This document shows positions 15,611 to 24,361 of a DNA stretch of 33,895 nt, one piece after another (position 1 is the first letter of the stretch; each line of letters starts with the position of its first letter). A model generated the notes under the pieces. The model was not told where the DNA came from. It ran no database searches and saw only the letters and a list, made by a program, of their open reading frames with translations. The stretch covers positions 1 to 33,895 of the forward strand of contig CAZBJC010000001.1 in NCBI GenBank assembly GCA_964492145.1, given 5' to 3'. The translations under genes and the position numbers were made by a program. Origin of the DNA: Candidatus Woesearchaeota archaeon. GTDB lineage: Archaea; Nanobdellota; Nanobdellia; Pacearchaeales; GW2011-AR1.

Positions 15611-16362
15611 AAAAAGAAATTTTTGAGAAAATTGTTAAAAAAAAAGAATTTTCTAAATTACCTAAGCAGGATGTTGAAAGAGTTTTTAAAAAATTTGAAA
15701 AAAGAGATGTTTCAGACGAGGAAAAAATAAGATTAACTAGAGATTTATTAAGAAAGATTTTTTCAGCTTTTTTAAGCAAAAAACTTTTGAAAATAAAAAC
15801 TAAAAATGCAGAATGGTTTTTAAGAAAACACATCTCAACAAAAGAAAGATTAGAATTTTATTCTGAAATTTATAAAAAACTCTTAAAAAATTTTAAAGGA
15901 AGTGTAATTGATTTAGGATGCGGAGTAAATGGATTAAGCTATAATTATTTTGAAAAAGAGATGAATTATATTGGAGTTGAAGCTGTAGGGCAATTAGTAA
16001 AATTAGTTAATAATTATTTTGAAAAAGAAAAAATTTCTGGAAAAGTTTATCATCAAAGCTTGTTTAATCTTAAAGAAATTTTAAAGATAATAAAAAAAAC
16101 AAAAAAACCAAGAATTGTTTTTTTATTTAAAACTCTTGATTCTCTCGAGATGATAGAAAGAGATTTTTCAAAAAAATTACTTTTAGAAATTTCTCCTTTT
16201 GTTAATAAAATTGTTGTGAGTTTTGCAACAAGAAGTTTAATTAAAAAAACAAAATTTAGAGCCAATAGAAATTGGATTTTGAATTTTATTAAAAAGGATT
16301 TTAAAATTTTAAAAGAGTTTGAAACTCCTTATGAGAAATTTATTGTTTTTGAAAAAAGGTAA
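15607..16362 (+). CDS. SAM-dependent methyltransferase resembling ArmA/Rmt (FmrO-family) 16S rRNA methyltransferases
   Basis: 251 aa. 'HISTKERL' is followed about 20 aa later by the SAM motif I 'VIDLGCGVNGL'. 'IVFLFKTLDSLE' and 'IVVSFATRSLIKK' follow. As I recall, this order and spacing are characteristic of the FmrO family. There is an ATGA overlap with the glycosylase gene. Confidence 0.55.
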   Translation: MKKEIFEKIVKKKEFSKLPKQDVERVFKKFEKRDVSDEEKIRLTRDLLRKIFSAFLSKKLLKIKTKNAEWFLRKHISTKERLEFYSEIYKKLLKNFKGSVIDLGCGVNGLSYNYFEKEMNYIGVEAVGQLVKLVNNYFEKEKISGKVYHQSLFNLKEILKIIKKTKKPRIVFLFKTLDSLEMIERDFSKKLLLEISPFVNKIVVSFATRSLIKKTKFRANRNWILNFIKKDFKILKEFETPYEKFIVFEKR

Positions 16363-16392
16363 TTTTATAAATTCAAGTTTATTGAACAATAT

Positions 16393-16647
16393 ATGGAACA
16401 AACACAACAACCTCCTCAAGCTCCTATTCAATCTTCTCAATCTCAACAGATAAACCCTGCTTCTCAGGCTTTGACTCCTTCTCCCTCTCAACAACAACCT
16501 ACTACCCCCCAACAAACTATGCCTCATCCGACTCAGACTGAAACTGCGCAAGCTCCTAAAAAAAGTTGGAAATGGTGGTTAATAACAGGACTGATAATTT
16601 CTGCTTTAATTTTGACAGGACTTTATTTTTGGATATTTAAGACTTGA
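16393..16647 (+). CDS. Small tail-anchored protein with P/Q/S/T-rich N-terminal region
   Basis: 84 aa. About 55 residues of low-complexity PQST sequence form a local C-rich island. 'KKSWKWW' and a single C-terminal TM helix follow. Confidence 0.5.
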   Translation: MEQTQQPPQAPIQSSQSQQINPASQALTPSPSQQQPTTPQQTMPHPTQTETAQAPKKSWKWWLITGLIISALILTGLYFWIFKT

Positions 16648-16653
16648 TAAGAT

Positions 16654-16666
16654 AAGTTTATATATT
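16654..16666 (+). promoter_or_regulatory. TATA-box-like element for the M16 peptidase gene
   Basis: 'aagtttatatatt' is centred about 27 nt upstream of the ATG at 16687. A similar 'ataagtttat' follows the last gene, at 33872-33881. Confidence 0.4.
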
Positions 16667-16686
16667 ATTTTTTAATAATTCTTTTT

Positions 16687-17892
16687 ATGAGTACTTTTAA
16701 GAAAAAAATTTTAAAAAATGGAATGACAATTCTCTTTGAAAAAAGAAATTTGCCTATTGTTAGTGTTGCATTTGCTGTTAGAAATGGCGGAGTTAATGAA
16801 TTAGAAAAAGAAAAAGGAATTTCTCATTTTATTGAACATATGCTTTACAAAGGAACAAAAAATAGAACTTCTAAGCAAATTGCAGAAGAAATTGAGAAGA
16901 ATGGAGGAGAATTAAATGGATTTACTTCTGAGAATTTGACTGCTTTTTGGTGTAAAATGCCAAGTGATAAATTAGAAATTGCTTTAGAAGTTTTAAGTGA
17001 CATGATTAAAAATCCTTTATTTGATGAGAATGAATTAGAAAAAGAGAGAAAAGTTATTTTTGAAGAAATTAAAATGTATAAAGATACTCCAAGATTACAT
17101 GTCTTTGATGAGATTCAAAAAGAGCTATATAAAGAGCCTTTTGGAATCCCTTTAATTGGAACTTATAAAACAATGAACTCAATAAATAAAACTAAAATTT
17201 TAGAAAAATTTGAAAAAACTTATACTTCAAATAATTTGATTTTATGTGTTATAGGAAATGCTGATTTTAATGAGATTGTTGATTTTGCTGAGAAAAATTT
17301 TGGAGATAAGGAGTCAAAAATTTTTGAGCCTGAAATTAAATTAAGAAATGCAATAAGAATTGAAAAAAGAAAAGGAATTGACCAGGCAAATTTAGTTTTT
17401 GGATATCATGTCCCTTTGGACGATAAAAGCAAACTTTCTGCAAAAATTTTGATTACTTTAATGGCTGACGGAATGTCTTCTAGATTATTTCAAGAAATAA
17501 GAGAAAAAAGAAATTTGGCTTATGCTGTTAAAGGATTTTCTGAAACAGGAAAAAATTTTGCATATAACTTGATTTATATTGGAACTCAAAAAGAAAATAT
17601 AGAAAAAGTTAAAGAATTAATTTTAAAAGAATTTGAAAAACTCCAAGAAGATTTGTCTGAGAAAGAATTAGAAGAAGTCAAAAAACAGATTATTGGTAAT
17701 TATTATATTAATATGGAGGATTCTTTTAATCAACTTTATAATCTTTTGGGCTTTGAAATTGAAGGAAAAGCAGAGGATTTTTATGAATTTGACAAAAAGA
17801 TTGAGAAGATTAGTCTTGAGGATGTAAAAAAACTTGCTAAAAAAATTAAAAAAGGAAATTTTAGTTTTTTTGCTTTGGTTCCTGAAGAATAA
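16687..17892 (+). CDS. M16 (pitrilysin-family) zinc peptidase
   Basis: 401 aa. The inverted zinc motif 'HFIEHMLYKG' (HxxEH) is present, with a downstream 'E' region 'ERKVIFEEI'. The two-lobed M16 length is typical of archaeal forms. Confidence 0.85.
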   Translation: MSTFKKKILKNGMTILFEKRNLPIVSVAFAVRNGGVNELEKEKGISHFIEHMLYKGTKNRTSKQIAEEIEKNGGELNGFTSENLTAFWCKMPSDKLEIALEVLSDMIKNPLFDENELEKERKVIFEEIKMYKDTPRLHVFDEIQKELYKEPFGIPLIGTYKTMNSINKTKILEKFEKTYTSNNLILCVIGNADFNEIVDFAEKNFGDKESKIFEPEIKLRNAIRIEKRKGIDQANLVFGYHVPLDDKSKLSAKILITLMADGMSSRLFQEIREKRNLAYAVKGFSETGKNFAYNLIYIGTQKENIEKVKELILKEFEKLQEDLSEKELEEVKKQIIGNYYINMEDSFNQLYNLLGFEIEGKAEDFYEFDKKIEKISLEDVKKLAKKIKKGNFSFFALVPEE

Positions 17893-17926
17893 AAATCTTT
17901 ATAAAACATGATTGCATTGGATAATT

Positions 17927-20893
17927 ATGAAAAGAGGAACTAAATTATTTTTTGTATTTTTATTAATTGCTTTTGTTTCATTATCTTTAGTTTCAGCTGG
18001 GTGGTGGAGTAATTTTTGGGGGAAATTTTCTGGCAAAGCTACAGGCAATATTGTTTCAAATATTCAATGCTCTGATACTGATAACGGAAAGGATTCTTTT
18101 GTTAGAGGACATATTTATGGAGTGTGTTATGATTGTAAAAAAGATTTTGGCATAGGAAAAAATACTTATTTTGGCTATCCTATTGGAGGAAATTCAGATT
18201 CTTGTGTAGATGATAATAATAATCTTGTTTCTTCAGGGAATAAATTAATGGAATTTTATTGTGTTGACAGTAAAGGATGGAAAAGAGAAATTATTACTTG
18301 TGATTCAGGATGTAATGATGGAGCATGTGTTTATTGTAATGATAGTGATAGTAATGACATTTTTAAAAAAGGGTTTGTTGTGAGTAATTCTCCTAATTGG
18401 ATTTCTTATTATGGAAACAATGTTTCAGATAGTTGTGCATTTAAGAGTGGAACTATTTATACTAAGAACACTTCTTGTTCAGGAGATAATTGTTATGTCT
18501 TAGAATATAATTGTGAAGGAAATTTACCTAAGCAAGAACCTGCAAAATGTTCTGAAGGATGTTTAGATGGGGCTTGCATTAAACCTGAAAAAAATTGCAG
18601 TGAAACTTATCCTTATCCAGAATATCATGGAGGTAGTTGCTCACCTGAATCTTGTGAAATTCAAGGATATGAATATGCTGGATGTGATCGTGAATGGGTA
18701 AAAACAAATTATTTTGGAGGGGGACATTATGAATATAAAGAAATTTGTAAAAAAAATATTCTTTCAAGGAATTGTTCAACAGATAAAAAAAGATTATGTA
18801 AGGATGGTTCTTGGGAAACTTGTGCAACAGGATGTTCAAATGGTGCTTGCAATCCTTCTTATCCTGAATATTTAATTGAAAAAGATTTAGGAAGTGTGAA
18901 TTATCTTAGGTCAAGATTAACTCAAGATTATTGTGATATTGTTGATTCAGGAAGCTGTAATATGTATGAAGCAAAATATAATTTTTCTTCTGAGGGGGCT
19001 AGGATAACTGTTGGAATAGAAACTCACTCAAAAGTTTTCAAGAATGGAGAGGCTATCAATGGATTTTTAGGTGAATTTAGAAGAGATGAGAGTATTCAGG
19101 TTGATACAGAGGCTTGGAAAGGAAATCCTTATTATGTTTTTAAAAAAGTAGATGGAGATATACAAGATGTTTTGCTTGCTTGGTATTCTGGAACAAATGT
19201 TGTTTTAGTTGCTATTGAACATTGGGATATTGATGAAATTGATGAAGATGTTTTTGATGCTTTACTTGATGCTTATTTTGAAAAATATCCTTCTGATTTA
19301 GTTTTTGAAGAAATTCCTCCTGTAGAATGCAGTGATTCTGACGGCGGAGAAATGAAATATGAAAAAGGAACTGCAACTGGAGAAAATATAAATGGACAGC
19401 AAGTTTCTGAATCAGACCAGTGTCTTGGAAATATTTTAATTGAAAAAATCTGTAAAAATGGTTATGTCTCAGATGTTTTTATTAATTGTGAAAATGGATG
19501 TGAAAAGGGGGCTTGCAAGATTATTTGTAATTACGGAGTGAGTGATTTTAAACCTGAAGTTAGAAATAATGTGTTGGTTTTAGATGATTTAAAGACTACA
19601 AAATCAGTTGATGATGTTTCTTTACTTTATTTAGATGGAAATCAAATTTCAGGATTTGGAGGAGATATTGATGAAAAAATAGCAACAGGAAAAAATAAAA
19701 TTATTTTTGATTTAGATGAAGATTCTATGTTTATTGCTTCTCGGTTTAATGAAAATTTTTCTGAGTCTTATTTAATGAGAATAACTAACCTTGAGGAAGA
19801 TTCAAATGGAAATTCTTTGACTATAGAATATAAGAATAATGGAAATTGGGAAACCTTAAGAGTAAATAGAAAAGAAGGAGATGAGATAAGTTTAGGTAAT
19901 ATAACTCTTTTAATTGGCTCAATTGATGTTAATGATGACAAAGCAGAATTAAAAATTATTTCTGAAAATAGTTTTTTAAATGTTTTAACAGATTTTAATG
20001 GAAATTATATTGGGATTGATGATGTTGAGGGCTTGTTTTTTCCAACTTCTATTTATTATCTTAATATTTTTGATTCAAATGATAATATGATTAATAGATA
20101 TAAAATTTTTGTGGATAGTGATAATCTGCAGATTGAACAAGCATGTATAACTCCTACATGCACTAATGAAGATGAAGGACTTTATGAAAATGTTACAAGT
20201 TCTTATGCTTATGATAATTTTGGAGGAAATATTAGCGATACTTGCTATAATGCTAGTATTTTGAGAGAAGCAATTTGTTCTGAGGGAAATGTTTCAACTC
20301 TTGATGTTTTTTGTGAAAATGGATGTGGTGATGGAAAATGTTTAGGAGAATCAAACTGTAGTGATAGTGATAATGGATTAAATTATTTTGAACAAGGCTC
20401 TACTGTTTCTTGTATTGGAGGAGAATGTTTTGAAGCATTAAATGAGAGCTGTGTTGATGAAAATACTCTTTGGGAATCGTATTGCGGAAGAAATGATGAG
20501 GTTATATGGCAGCAATATTTTTGTGAAAATGGATGTGAAAATGGCTCTTGTAATTCTCCTGAAAAAGCAGCATGTGAGCCTGTAACATTTGGAGGACCAG
20601 AAATTCTCCCTAAAACAAGATTAATTGTAAATGGCAGTTTGAGCTATTGCAATCCTTTGACTTTAGATTATGAGCTTGTTAAAGCTTTAAATGAATCTTG
20701 TATTAATGATTATGAATGTGAAAGCAATGTTTGCATAGAAGGAAAATGTTCTTCAATTAGAGGAGAATTAGAATCACAAAGAAAAATTTTAGAAGAGCAG
20801 ACTAGCCTTCTTCAAGAAATAAGATGCTGGCTTAGGGATTTTTTTAATGTTCAAGATTATGATGAATGTTTAAATGAATCAATTGGAGGATAA
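17927..20893 (+). CDS. Very large secreted Cys-rich modular surface protein
   Basis: The start is set at the ATG at 17927 ('MKRGTKLFFVFLLIAFVSLSLVSA' is a signal peptide); the track ORF begins at a TTG at 17912. At least 5 modules follow the pattern 'C-x-D-[ST]-D-x-G ... D-x-C ... L-x-E-x-x-C ... C-x-x-G-C-x-x-G-x-C'. Confidence 0.8.
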   Translation: MKRGTKLFFVFLLIAFVSLSLVSAGWWSNFWGKFSGKATGNIVSNIQCSDTDNGKDSFVRGHIYGVCYDCKKDFGIGKNTYFGYPIGGNSDSCVDDNNNLVSSGNKLMEFYCVDSKGWKREIITCDSGCNDGACVYCNDSDSNDIFKKGFVVSNSPNWISYYGNNVSDSCAFKSGTIYTKNTSCSGDNCYVLEYNCEGNLPKQEPAKCSEGCLDGACIKPEKNCSETYPYPEYHGGSCSPESCEIQGYEYAGCDREWVKTNYFGGGHYEYKEICKKNILSRNCSTDKKRLCKDGSWETCATGCSNGACNPSYPEYLIEKDLGSVNYLRSRLTQDYCDIVDSGSCNMYEAKYNFSSEGARITVGIETHSKVFKNGEAINGFLGEFRRDESIQVDTEAWKGNPYYVFKKVDGDIQDVLLAWYSGTNVVLVAIEHWDIDEIDEDVFDALLDAYFEKYPSDLVFEEIPPVECSDSDGGEMKYEKGTATGENINGQQVSESDQCLGNILIEKICKNGYVSDVFINCENGCEKGACKIICNYGVSDFKPEVRNNVLVLDDLKTTKSVDDVSLLYLDGNQISGFGGDIDEKIATGKNKIIFDLDEDSMFIASRFNENFSESYLMRITNLEEDSNGNSLTIEYKNNGNWETLRVNRKEGDEISLGNITLLIGSIDVNDDKAELKIISENSFLNVLTDFNGNYIGIDDVEGLFFPTSIYYLNIFDSNDNMINRYKIFVDSDNLQIEQACITPTCTNEDEGLYENVTSSYAYDNFGGNISDTCYNASILREAICSEGNVSTLDVFCENGCGDGKCLGESNCSDSDNGLNYFEQGSTVSCIGGECFEALNESCVDENTLWESYCGRNDEVIWQQYFCENGCENGSCNSPEKAACEPVTFGGPEILPKTRLIVNGSLSYCNPLTLDYELVKALNESCINDYECESNVCIEGKCSSIRGELESQRKILEEQTSLLQEIRCWLRDFFNVQDYDECLNESIGG

Positions 20894-21889
20894 ATGAAAT
20901 TTAAAATTCTCTTTACTCTCTTTTTATTTATTATCTTTTCTAATTTTATTTTTGCTCAAACTTGCAATAATGTTGGATTTGTAAATGGAACTCATTATTG
21001 TGATATTGATGGGACTTATAAAATTTTAAAACAAAATGGAGATAATTGCAGTAATAATTTTGAATGTTTTAATCAGTCTTGCATTGATGAACTTTGTCAA
21101 TTAAAATATGTTAATGTAAGTTTAAATTTAAGCAATCAAGGTTTAATTGATGAGATTTGGAATGTGATTCAAGGAATAGAATGCAATCCTCAAAATCAAT
21201 CTTATCATTGTGAAGGAACAGAGGCTTTTTTATGCGGAGCAAATGCTGTTTGGGAATCTAAAGGGCATATTGATGGAGTTTGTGGTTATTCTGAACCCTC
21301 TCCTTCTCACGGAGGAGGAAGTTCAAAACGAATTAATATAATTCTTTATTCTCCTTTGGATAATATAACTTATGATAATGTTCAACTTGATTTAAATGTC
21401 AGTGATTCTAAAAAAGTTGCAAAATTTTGGTATTTTTCTTTAAATCAAGGGAGAAAAGTGACTTTTGTTCCTAATACAACACTTTTTGTTCAGCAAGGTA
21501 AAAATAATTTAACTGTTTATGCAAAGAAATTTTTAGGGGACAGAGAGGTTACAAAGAAGATTAGTTTTAATGTTGTTTTACCTTCTCCAGTAGGAAAAGG
21601 ATATTGCGGAGACAATATTTGTCAGAATAATGAATCTTGTGAAAATTGCATTGCTGATTGTGGAGAATGCCCTGTCTTAGAAAGTCTTGAAAAAAAATGT
21701 GGAAATAATATTTGTGATGATTCTGAAAGCTCTTTTACTTGTCCTGTTGATTGCATTGCTTTAGAAAGAAAAGATTATACTCCTATTGCTATTGGTGCTG
21801 CAGCTTCTTTTGTTGTTGTTTTAGGATTTGTAATATATAAAAGTTTTTTTGCTAAAACTGCTGTTGAGATTTTAAGCTCTGAGCAATAA
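20894..21889 (+). CDS. Secreted Cys-rich protein with C-terminal membrane anchor
   Basis: 331 aa. The start codon immediately follows the stop of the previous gene. It has a signal peptide. Two 'CG(D/N)NIC...E(S)...C..DC' repeats are present. The C-terminal TM segment is 'IAIGAAASFVVVLGFVIY'. Confidence 0.75.
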   Translation: MKFKILFTLFLFIIFSNFIFAQTCNNVGFVNGTHYCDIDGTYKILKQNGDNCSNNFECFNQSCIDELCQLKYVNVSLNLSNQGLIDEIWNVIQGIECNPQNQSYHCEGTEAFLCGANAVWESKGHIDGVCGYSEPSPSHGGGSSKRINIILYSPLDNITYDNVQLDLNVSDSKKVAKFWYFSLNQGRKVTFVPNTTLFVQQGKNNLTVYAKKFLGDREVTKKISFNVVLPSPVGKGYCGDNICQNNESCENCIADCGECPVLESLEKKCGNNICDDSESSFTCPVDCIALERKDYTPIAIGAAASFVVVLGFVIYKSFFAKTAVEILSSEQ

Positions 21890-21919
21890 TTTTTTAAACT
21901 TCTTATTATAGGATTTTTT

Positions 21920-22729
21920 ATGCTTATTGTTAAAGTCCCAGGAATTAATGGATTAGGAAAAACTAAAGGATGCGAGAGAGCTGGAAACGCTATTTTAGAA
22001 ATTCTTAAAAAAGAAATTTTTTCAAATGAAGAAAAAAAATCAATTGAATTTGGCAAACTTGACTTAGAGGAAATACATCTGGATAATTCCAATCTTGAAG
22101 AAAGCAATAAATTGATTTATAAAAATTCCTTTGAAATTTTTAATGAACAACCTAAAGTTGTTTTTCTTGGAGGAGACCATTCAATTACTTATTCTCTTTC
22201 AAGAGCTTTTTTTGATTATTGTGAAAATAATGGCAAAGAACCTTGCTTGATTATTTTTGATGCTCATCCAGATTGCATGCCTTTTATGAAAGAACCAACA
22301 CATGAAGAGTGGTTAAGAAAACTAATAGATGACAAATTTCCTGCTAAAAATATTCTTTTGGTTGGAGCAAGAAATTTTAATATAAAAGAGACTGATTTTC
22401 TCAGAGAAAAAGGAATTAAAACAATTTCAATGAATTTTTTAAATTCTAATCTAACAGAAGCATGCGATACTATTATGGAATTTGCTTCTGGAAAAGAACT
22501 TTATATTTCATTAGATATCGATATTGTTGATCCTGTTTTTGCGCCTTCTACAGGATATCAAGAACCTGGAGGATTGACAAGCAGACAAATTATTTATTTA
22601 ATTCAGAGATTGAATAAAATTAAAAAATTAAAAGCCATTGATATAGTTGAGATAAATGAAGTTAAAGATAGAAAAAAAGAGAATCTAACTTTAAAACTTG
22701 GAGCTAAAATTTTATCTGAATTAATATGA
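21920..22729 (+). CDS. Arginase/agmatinase (ureohydrolase) family protein
   Basis: 269 aa. The Mn-ligand motifs 'GGDHSITY', 'DAHPD' and 'SLDIDIVDP' are intact. Confidence 0.8.
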   Translation: MLIVKVPGINGLGKTKGCERAGNAILEILKKEIFSNEEKKSIEFGKLDLEEIHLDNSNLEESNKLIYKNSFEIFNEQPKVVFLGGDHSITYSLSRAFFDYCENNGKEPCLIIFDAHPDCMPFMKEPTHEEWLRKLIDDKFPAKNILLVGARNFNIKETDFLREKGIKTISMNFLNSNLTEACDTIMEFASGKELYISLDIDIVDPVFAPSTGYQEPGGLTSRQIIYLIQRLNKIKKLKAIDIVEINEVKDRKKENLTLKLGAKILSELI

Positions 22730-23274
22730 GAGCTTTTATTTCAATCGAATTGCCTGAAAAAATTAAGAAAGAAATTTTTAAAGAGTTTGAGAAATTAAAA
22801 AACTCTAAAACTTGTTTTGGAAATTTTGTTAAAAAGCAAAACTTACATTTGACTTTAAGATTTTTAGGAGATGTTTCTGAAGAAAAGATTAAAGAAATAA
22901 TAAAAACTCTATCTGAAATTAATTTTCCTGAATTTAAAGCTGATTTAGGGAAAATCGGTTTTTTTCCTTCTGAAAAATATATAAAAATTGTATGGATTAA
23001 TTTAATTTCAGAAAAAATTCCAAAACTTAGAGAAATTATAAACAAAAAGCTTTATGAGAAAGCAATTAATTATGATAAAAAAGAATTTAATTCTCATATA
23101 ACTGTTGCAAGAATAAAGGGAATCAAAAATAAAGATGCTTTTTTTAAAAAGATTAATGAGCTTAATATAAAAAGAATGAATTTTTCTATAGACAAGATTT
23201 TTCTAATTAAATCTGAGCTATTTAGAGACGGCCCTAGATATAAAATTCTCAAGGAATTTGAATTAGTGAATTAA
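22726..23274 (+). CDS. ligT: 2H-phosphoesterase: RNA 2',3'-cyclic phosphodiesterase / 2'-5' RNA ligase (LigT-like)
   Basis: 182 aa. It has two H-x-T-x motifs, 'HLTLRFLG' and 'HITVARI'. There is an ATGA overlap with the arginase-family gene. Confidence 0.85.
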   Translation: MRAFISIELPEKIKKEIFKEFEKLKNSKTCFGNFVKKQNLHLTLRFLGDVSEEKIKEIIKTLSEINFPEFKADLGKIGFFPSEKYIKIVWINLISEKIPKLREIINKKLYEKAINYDKKEFNSHITVARIKGIKNKDAFFKKINELNIKRMNFSIDKIFLIKSELFRDGPRYKILKEFELVN

Positions 23275-23380
23275 AAATATACTTAAAAAAGTTTTTTTGG
23301 GTTTAAATTGTTTTTGTTTTTTAAAATATATTTTTTTGAAACATAGAATTTAAAAAAGAAAATTGATTAAAAAGACTTTG

Positions 23381-23686
23381 ATGGAAAAATTAGAAATTTT
23401 AGCAAAAAGATTATCAAGGGAATTTACCGAATGGCAGAGACAGTATCCTGAAAAAAAGATTGAGACAATTGTAATTGCTGGTTCTAGTAATGGGCATTTA
23501 AGGGATTATCAAGAGTTAGTTAATGCTATGAAAAGAAATTTAACTAAAGTTGATATTTATGTTGAATTTAAATTTAAAGAAAGAGATATCCAGAGTTTAG
23601 GAGGACTGAGAAATTATGTAATTGATTTAGATTACTATCTTCAAGAATATTTTAAACAACTTGAAGACAGGAGTGTTGCAGATTAG
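23381..23686 (+). CDS. Hypothetical protein
   Basis: The ORF track starts at a TTG at 23363; the first ATG is at 23381 ('MEKLEIL'). No motif was recognised. Its 3' end overlaps the convergent XPF gene by 4 nt. Confidence 0.4.
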   Translation: MEKLEILAKRLSREFTEWQRQYPEKKIETIVIAGSSNGHLRDYQELVNAMKRNLTKVDIYVEFKFKERDIQSLGGLRNYVIDLDYYLQEYFKQLEDRSVAD

Positions 23687-24360
23687 TATTTATCTTCGAT
23701 AATCTTTTTTATTATCTCTGCTTTTTTTCCAAGGATTTCTTTTAACTCTTCTTCTGAAGCATTTATGAAATTTTTTAATGTTTTGAATTTTAATAAAAGT
23801 TTTTTAGCTGTTTTTGGGCCAATTCCTGGAAATCCTTCTAATATGAATTGGAGTCTTTCTTTTTTATTTAAAGTTTTTTTTGAAATATTTAAAGGCATTT
23901 CTTTTTGTTTTTTTCTTGAAAGAACTGAAATGAACTTTGCAGTGTCTGAATAATTTTTTGTAAAAATTACTGGAACTTTATGTTTTAAAACAATTGAAAG
24001 AAGAAACCCTCTTATAGCATTGGAATTTATTCCTATTTTTTCTTCATTGTATAATTCTTGCTCTTCTGTTCCTTCAATAATTAGTAATCTATTTGGGTAT
24101 TGCTTTAATTCTTCTATTTGATTAGACAATCTTTTATTTATCATTGATGATAAAAAATCAATAACTGTTTTTCTTTCTATAATAACATCCTTTACAATGT
24201 AATCGCCTACTTTTAATTCTCTGAATTCTATTTTAAATCCTAACGAGATAAGCTCTGAGGCAATAAGGGAATTTCTTTCTCTATAGTCAATTATTATCTT
24301 TGGCTTTGGGATTTCTTTTTTTTGAATTCTTTTTTTTGAAAAGATATTTAGGAAAGGCAT
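23683..24360 (-). CDS. XPF/Hef-type ERCC4 endonuclease domain + (HhH)2 (stand-alone nuclease half of Hef)
   Basis: 225 aa. The ERCC4 motifs are 'IIDYRERNS' and 'VGDYIV...IIERKTVIDFLSS'. The C-terminal 'GFPGIGPKTAKKLL...' forms tandem helix-hairpin-helix units. Confidence 0.88.
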   Translation of the reverse strand: MPFLNIFSKKRIQKKEIPKPKIIIDYRERNSLIASELISLGFKIEFRELKVGDYIVKDVIIERKTVIDFLSSMINKRLSNQIEELKQYPNRLLIIEGTEEQELYNEEKIGINSNAIRGFLLSIVLKHKVPVIFTKNYSDTAKFISVLSRKKQKEMPLNISKKTLNKKERLQFILEGFPGIGPKTAKKLLLKFKTLKNFINASEEELKEILGKKAEIIKKIIEDKY

Positions 24361-24361
24361 T

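Noticed and set aside
17912-17926. A TTG start for the large Cys-rich protein ('MHWII' prefix).
   Set aside because: The ATG at 17927 gives a canonical signal peptide (MKRGTK + hydrophobic core + 'VSA'). The TTG extension adds nothing and crowds the upstream gene end.
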